Assembly (NCBI RefSeq): GCF_009914755.1
Contig: NC_060927.1
Origin: the human T2T-CHM13v2.0 reference genome, Homo sapiens
Strand: one strand, 5' to 3'
Length of the DNA stretch: 64,000 nucleotides
Below the pieces are notes generated by a model. That model was not told the origin of the DNA, made no database searches, and was given only the letters and a program-made list of their open reading frames with translations. This document shows positions 58,301-64,000 of the stretch, piece after piece. The translations under genes were made by a program, and so were the position numbers. The stretch's first letter is position 1, and each line of letters begins with the position of its first letter.

Positions 58301-59269
58301 AAGATCTAGAATAGCCAAAGCTATCCTAAGCAAAAAGAACAAAACTGGAAGAATCATATTACTTGACTTTAAGTTATACTATGGAGCTATAATAACCTAA
58401 ACTACATGCTACTGACATAGACACATAAATCAGTGGAACAGAATAGAGAACCTGGAGAAAAATCCATGCATCTACAATGAACTCATTTTTGACAAAGGGG
58501 CCAGGAACATACATTGGAGAAAAGACAATCTCTTCAATAAATGGTGCTGGAAAACTGGATATCCATATGCAGAAGAATGAAACTAGACCCCCATCTTTCA
58601 CCATATTACAAAAATCAAATCAAAATGGATTTAAAACCTAAATCTAAGACCTCAAACTATGAAACTACTAAAAGAAAACATTGGGGAAACCCTCCAGGAC
58701 ATTGAACTGGGCAAAAATTTCTTGAGTAACACCCCACAAGCACAGGCAACCAAAGCAAAAAGAACAAATGGGATCACTTCAAGTTAAAAAGCATCTGCAC
58801 AGCAAAAGAAATAATTAATAAAGTGAAGAGACAACCCACAGAATGGGAGAAAATATTTGCAGACTATCTATCTGACAAGGGATTAATAATCAGGAAATAT
58901 AAATTTCAAACAACTCCATAGGAAAAAAATCTAATACCCCAATTTAAAAAATGGGCAAAATATCTGAATGGGTATTTCTCAAAAGAAGACATACACATGT
59001 CAAACAGGTATATGAATAAGACCCAGTATTTGCTAGTACAACCGGGTGACTCTAGTCAAAAATAATTTAATTATACATTTTAAAAATAACTAAAAGAGTA
59101 TAACTGGATTGTTTGTAACACAAAGGATAAATGCTTGAGGCAGGATGGATACCTCATTTACCCTGATGTGATTATTATGCATTGCATGTCTGTATCAAAA
59201 TATCTCATGTAATCCAAAATATATACACCCACTATATAACCACAAAAATTAAAAATTAAAAAAGTTAAA
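52370..59269 (+). mobile_element. Near full-length LINE-1, L1MA2/L1MA3-like with L1M1-type 5' end (inactive)
   Basis: Long 5'UTR (gagcagagcaaaatg...tcacagtacctggtttta), ORF1 remnants (SDREFKIAVLRK, ENFPNLEKDINIQVQE), long inter-ORF region, ORF2 remnants, 3' end ggattgtttgtaacacaaaggataaatgcttgagg; perfect 19-bp TSD aaagaaaatgtggtatata at 52351 and 59270. Confidence 0.88.
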
Positions 59270-59280
59270 AAAGAAAATGT

Positions 59281-59336
<56 letters not shown>

Positions 59337-59822
59337 ATGGAGTACTCTGCAGCCATAAAAAATGAAAATTCATGGCAACACAAATAAGCCTAGAGGACAT
59401 TATGTAAAGTGAAGTAAGTAAGGCACAGAAAAATAAATACTGCATCTTCTTAGTCATGTGGGAGCTAAAGTTGTTGGTCTCATATAAGTAGAGAGCAGAA
59501 TTGTGATTACTGGAGCCTGAGAAGGGTGGAAGTAGGGAGAAGAGAATAGGGAGAGGTTGGTTAACGGATACAAAATTACACTAGATAGGAGAAATAAGAT
59601 CTAGTGTTATTAGCACTGCAGAGTGACTATAGTTAACAATAATTTATTGTATATTTTCAAATAGTTAGAAGAGAATTTTGAACGTTCCCAACACAAAGAA
59701 ATGATAGATGTTTGAGATGATGGATATGGCAATACCCTGATTTGGTTATTACACATTGTATACATGTATTGAAATATCATTCTATAGCCCATAAATATGT
59801 GCAATTATTACATGTCAAGAAA
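59270..59822 (+). mobile_element. L1MA4/5-like 3' fragment (host of the L1MA2 insertion)
   Basis: aaagaaaatgtggtatata...cacaatggagtactc...ggagaggttggttaacggatacaaaattaca...cccaacacaaagaaatgata...cccataaatatgtgcaattattac. Confidence 0.8.
59283..59336. repeat. (TA)18(CA)9 compound microsatellite
   Basis: Direct read. Confidence 0.95.
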
Positions 59823-60655
59823 AAATGTGCAAAAGATACAAAGCAGCATTTCAAAAAGATATATGGGTGGCATGCATATAAAAAAAGTGCCCAAGACTAT
59901 TTGTCCTTAGAGAAGAGGAAACTAAATCCAAAATGAAATACTGCAGCACAACTGTTAGAATGGCTAAAACATTGACAGCAACAAATGCTGGTGAGAATGT
60001 GGAGCAACAGGAACTCTAATTAATTGAGGATGGGAAGAAATGATGATACAATCACTTTAGAGACACTGTAGACGTTTCTTATAAAGCTGAGTATATAGAT
60101 ATTATTCAACCTAGCAATCTCACTGTTTGGTGTTTATCCAAGTAAATTGAAAATATATGTTCTACAAAAACTTGCATGTGAATGTTTAATAGCTTACAGT
60201 AGCTTTATTCTTAATATCTCCAAACTGTTAAGAACCAAGATGTCCTTCAGCAGGTGAATGAGTAAACAAACTGTGGTACAATCATGCAGTGGAACACTAT
60301 TAAGCAATAAAAGAGAACAAGGTTGCTGATTTGTGCAAAGACATGAATAAATCTTAAGTAGATTTTGTTAACTGAAAGAAGCCAGAGCCAAAAAGAAAAG
60401 GAAACTATATGGACAGAAAATAGATCAGTGCTTGTCAGTGATTGGGGGAGGAGGGTCAGGGTGACTAAAAATGGGCTGTACAGTGAAATGTTAGGGTGTA
60501 TAAACTCTTACTAGGGTTGTGGATATCTGATGGTATGCATTTACCAAACCCTTATAAGATGTTTATCACAAACAGTGAGATTTAATATATGCAAAATGAA
60601 AAAAAATCAACTAGATTTGAGAGTCCAGGGTTGGACTGCAGACTGGGGAAAGTGA
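59823..60655 (+). mobile_element. L1MD/ME-like ORF2 end and 3'UTR fragment
   Basis: ttagaatggctaaaa...aaatgctggtgagaatgtggagcaacaggaactct...aaccaagatgtccttcagcaggtgaatgagtaaacaaactgtggtac. Confidence 0.7.
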
Positions 60656-60660
60656 ATATC

Positions 60661-60756
60661 CAGTTGACCCTTGAACAACATACGTTTAAACTGCATAGGT
60701 CTACTTATACACAACCTTTTTCCAACCAAACCATATCAAAAATATAGTAGTCACAG
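60661..60756. mobile_element. MER8/Tigger2-family MITE, left part only
   Basis: TIR cagttgacccttgaacaaca...tttaaactgc...cttatac...caaccaaa. Confidence 0.75.
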
Positions 60757-60760
60757 AGTG

Positions 60761-60841
60761 CCATCCCCCTGCACTCTCCATCCACAGAAAAATTGTCTTC
60801 CATGAAACCAGTCCCTGGTGCCAAAAGGTTGGGAACCACTG
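60761..60841 (+). mobile_element. MER1 (MER1B-like, hAT-Charlie) 3' end
   Basis: gaaaaattgtcttccatgaaaccagtccctggtgccaaaaggttgggaaccactg. Confidence 0.85.
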
Positions 60842-62634
60842 TTACAGATGATATAATCTTCTTTTCAAATATCCATGGATCATTCATTAAAAATTATTCT
60901 ATACTGGACCAAAAAATTAAAAACCCTTAAATTCAAAAAAGTAAAACCTCTCCTTAGTGCAATAAAAACTAGGATTAGAAATTTAAAAAATAAAAAATTT
61001 AAACAAAAATCTCACAGCTATTTTGGCATTAAAGCAAACTTACCCTAAATAAATATTAGATATTAGAAAAAGTTAAAAATTCAAATATCGATTGCACAGA
61101 AAATAACATCAGTCCAAAAACTACATGTCAAAACTTATGGTTGAAAAGTGATCACAATATACTATTTTATAGAAATACTTAAGGCATAAGTAACAGAAGG
61201 AAAGAAGATGCATTAGTAATAAATTCTGAATGCAAAGCAAAAAGATATATATCCTTCCAGACAAAGCTTTCATCTTTTAATAAGGAAGAATGAAGATAAA
61301 TTACCTATTAATTCAGCCCAAAAAAAAATCAAAAGATAACAAAATGAATTTAAAGAAGATATGAAGAGAAAATGGAATATAATTAGAAATTAGAAAAACA
61401 ATCACACTTATGAATTATCCAGTAGTTGATTGGGAACAAAATAATAAAATGTGCACCTTTCAGTCTAGTAAGGGAAAATGTGAATTTAGTAAGGCAAAAC
61501 AAAAAAATTTGGTATGAGAAAAGTATATTACAGATGAGGAAACTTTAAAGCAATTGCTACACTTTGTACTATACTTTGTATTACATATTTAGTGTAAAAT
61601 TTTCAACAAAATTCAAAATCTCCTAGGAAAAAAATCAACCAAAATTATATAGGAAGTCAGAATTATAAGCATGGATGGTATTTTTAAGTTTTTAGGTTGT
61701 CAAAGAATTATTCCCAAAAAGAAGTTTTTTACTATTTACAAGTAGGCTTTTAAAAAGAAAAGTTTAATGAACAAGCATTTCAGATGATATATAAAGAGGC
61801 CTATGTCACTGAAAATATTTAAAGCTTCTTGGTTTGTATTATACAGCTCATGTAACCGAGTTTCCAAAGCCAAACTTGAAACCTTAAACACACACACATG
61901 CACACCCAACAAACTTACAAACCAGTCTTAATCATAAATAAAGATACAGCAATCTGAAACAGTTTTGTCAAATTATATACATCAAGATCAAATGAAGTTT
62001 ATTCTAAGAATGCAAAGATGGATTGCTATTAATCCATAGATTGCCATTAATATAGATCATGAGGTCTAAGGAGACCCAGAGCTAGATGACCATGTCAAAA
62101 TATTACAGAAAAATTATTTGATAATTTTTAATATTTATTCCTTTAGGGGAATAAAAGCTCTCAATTAAATGTAGAAAGATATGTTCTTATCCTAACACCA
62201 ATAGCTCTTATTATGTGTAGTCATTATCATTAAAACCAGGATTAAAACAAGCATGCCTTCCACCATGATTACTAGATAACCGTCAAACAATTCCAGACAC
62301 TCAAATAAATGCAATATGATGAAAGACAAAAATAAGAGTTACAAACTTATGAAAGTAATACCAGATTATTATTCAAAGGAACATTATTGTTTTCCTGAAA
62401 GATCCTAACCCATGAGAACTGAGACATTAGCAAAATATATGGTTACAGAGTTAACATACAAAAAAATTAATAGCTAATGATTCTATTCAAATTAAGTTCT
62501 GCTCTGAAAGGCAATATTGCTTGAAAAGGAATATAAAGTTTCCAGTGACAGGTGATGGAGATGTTCTGCATCTTGATTAGAATGCTGATTAACAGATATA
62601 TAATCCACATTTAAGATATATGAATTTTGCTGTA

Positions 62635-64000
62635 TGCAAATTGGAGTAATACAGTATGTAGCCTTTTCAGACTGGCTTCTTTCACTCAGCAATATGTTTA
62701 AGGATCTTCCACGTCTTTTTGTGCTTTGATAACTCATTTCTTTTTATTGCTGAATAATATTTCATCATACGGATGTACCACAGTTTCTGTGTTCGTTCAC
62801 CTATTCAAAGACATCTTGGTTGCTTCTAGTTGTTGACAATTATGAATAAAGTAGCTATAAGCATTCATGTGTAGGATTCTGTGTGAACTTAAATTTTCAA
62901 TTCATTTAGGTAAATACCTAGGAGCACAATTACTAGATCATACAGTAAGACTATGATTAACTTTGTAAGAAACTGCCAAACTTTCTTCCTTGGTGGCTGT
63001 ACCATTATGCATTCCTGTCAGCACTGAATGAGAGTTCCTGTTACTTCACTTCCTCACCAGCATTTGGTATTATCAGTTTTGTTTTGTTTTTGTTTTTGTT
63101 TTTGTTTTGGATTTTAGCCATTCTAATAGGTGTGTAGTGGTATCCCATTGTTGTTTTAATTGACAGTTCTCTAATGACATATGACATTGAACATCTTTTC
63201 ATATGCTTATTGGCTATCTGTATTATCTTCATTGGTGAGGTATCTGTTCAGATCTCTTGCCCAATTTTTAATTGAATTTTCTTATATTAAATTTTAAGAG
63301 AGATTTGTATATTTTGGATTCAAGTCCTTTATTGAATGTATGCAATTATTTTCTTCCAGTCGATGGCTTGTCTTTTATTCTTTGAATTTATCACAGCAGA
63401 AGTTTTAAATTTAATAAAGTCCAGCTTATCATTTTTTTCTTTCATAGGCTTTGCTTTTTGTGTTGTATCTAAAAACTCATGAAACCCAAAGTCACCTAAA
63501 TTTTCTCCTATGTTATCTTCTACAAGTTCTATAGTTTTGCATTTTACATTTAGGTCTATGACCCATGTTGAGTTAATTTTTGTGAAAGATGTTAGCTCTT
63601 TGTCTAGATTCATGTTTTGCATGTGGATGTCCAGTTGTCCTGGCACCATTTATTGAACAAACAGTCCTTTCTCCATTGAATTGCCTTAGCTCCTTTGTCA
63701 AAGATCAGTTGACTTTATTTGCGTGAGTCTGTCTCTGGACCCTATTCTGTTCTGTTGATCAGTTTCTCTGTTCTTTCATCAGTATTACACTGCCTTCATT
63801 ACTGAACCTTTATCGTAAGTCTTGAAGTTGGATAGTGTCAGTCTTTCAATTTTGTTCTCCTTCAGTATTGCATTGGCTATTGGTCTTTTGCCTTTCCATA
63901 TAAACTTTATAATCAGTTTGTCAATATCCATAAAATAACTTGCTTTGGGATTTTTATTGAGATTTTGTTGAATCTGTAGATCAAGTTGGGAAGAACTGAC
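62635..64000 (-). mobile_element. L1MC1-3-like 3' region, continues past the window end
   Basis: atacagtatgtagccttttcagactggcttctttcactcagcaatatg...; ORF2 remnants [22 protein letters not shown]; contains a (TTTTG)n run at about 63077-63108. Confidence 0.82.

Larger units (their letters stand above)
51780..62480 (+). mobile_element. Very old L1 ORF2 (about 51780-52347 and 60845-62480) split by nested insertions
   Basis: EN N-terminal-like ataaatgtaaatgaattaaa...ttgttgtgaaaaacttagca resumes at ttcttttcaaatatccatggatcattc...; later tttattctaagaatgcaaagatgg (RT region). Confidence 0.55.

Overview
Primate, most likely human, non-coding genomic DNA (intergenic or deep intronic); an AluYa5 insertion points to human. 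I find no credible cellular protein-coding gene. The ORFs with recognisable homology are decayed L1 ORF1/ORF2/ORF0 pieces or Alu read-throughs, and the rest look like chance ORFs. More than half of the window is interspersed repeat: three near full-length LINE-1s with intact target-site duplications (L1PA6-like 23110-29603 minus, L1PB2-like 35467-42226 plus, L1MA2-like 52370-59269 plus), about a dozen Alus or Alu monomers, an ERVL-type solo LTR, hAT/Tigger DNA transposon relics, and many MIR/L2/L1M fragments, often deeply nested. I do not see a new multi-gene system. The most unusual signals are small: (1) a 38-bp-arm fold-back hairpin inside an L2 3' end (10100-10188); (2) a 29-nt unidentified poly(A)-tailed, TSD-flanked micro-retrocopy inside a MIR (50827-50871); (3) a 5S rRNA 5' fragment directly preceded by the 5S 3' terminus, resembling a circular or ligated junction (45116-45162); (4) an L1PA2 3' end with a 20-nt twin-priming inversion. 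Subfamily names come from recalled consensus sequences and need RepeatMasker/Dfam confirmation. Boundaries of the old repeats are approximate.
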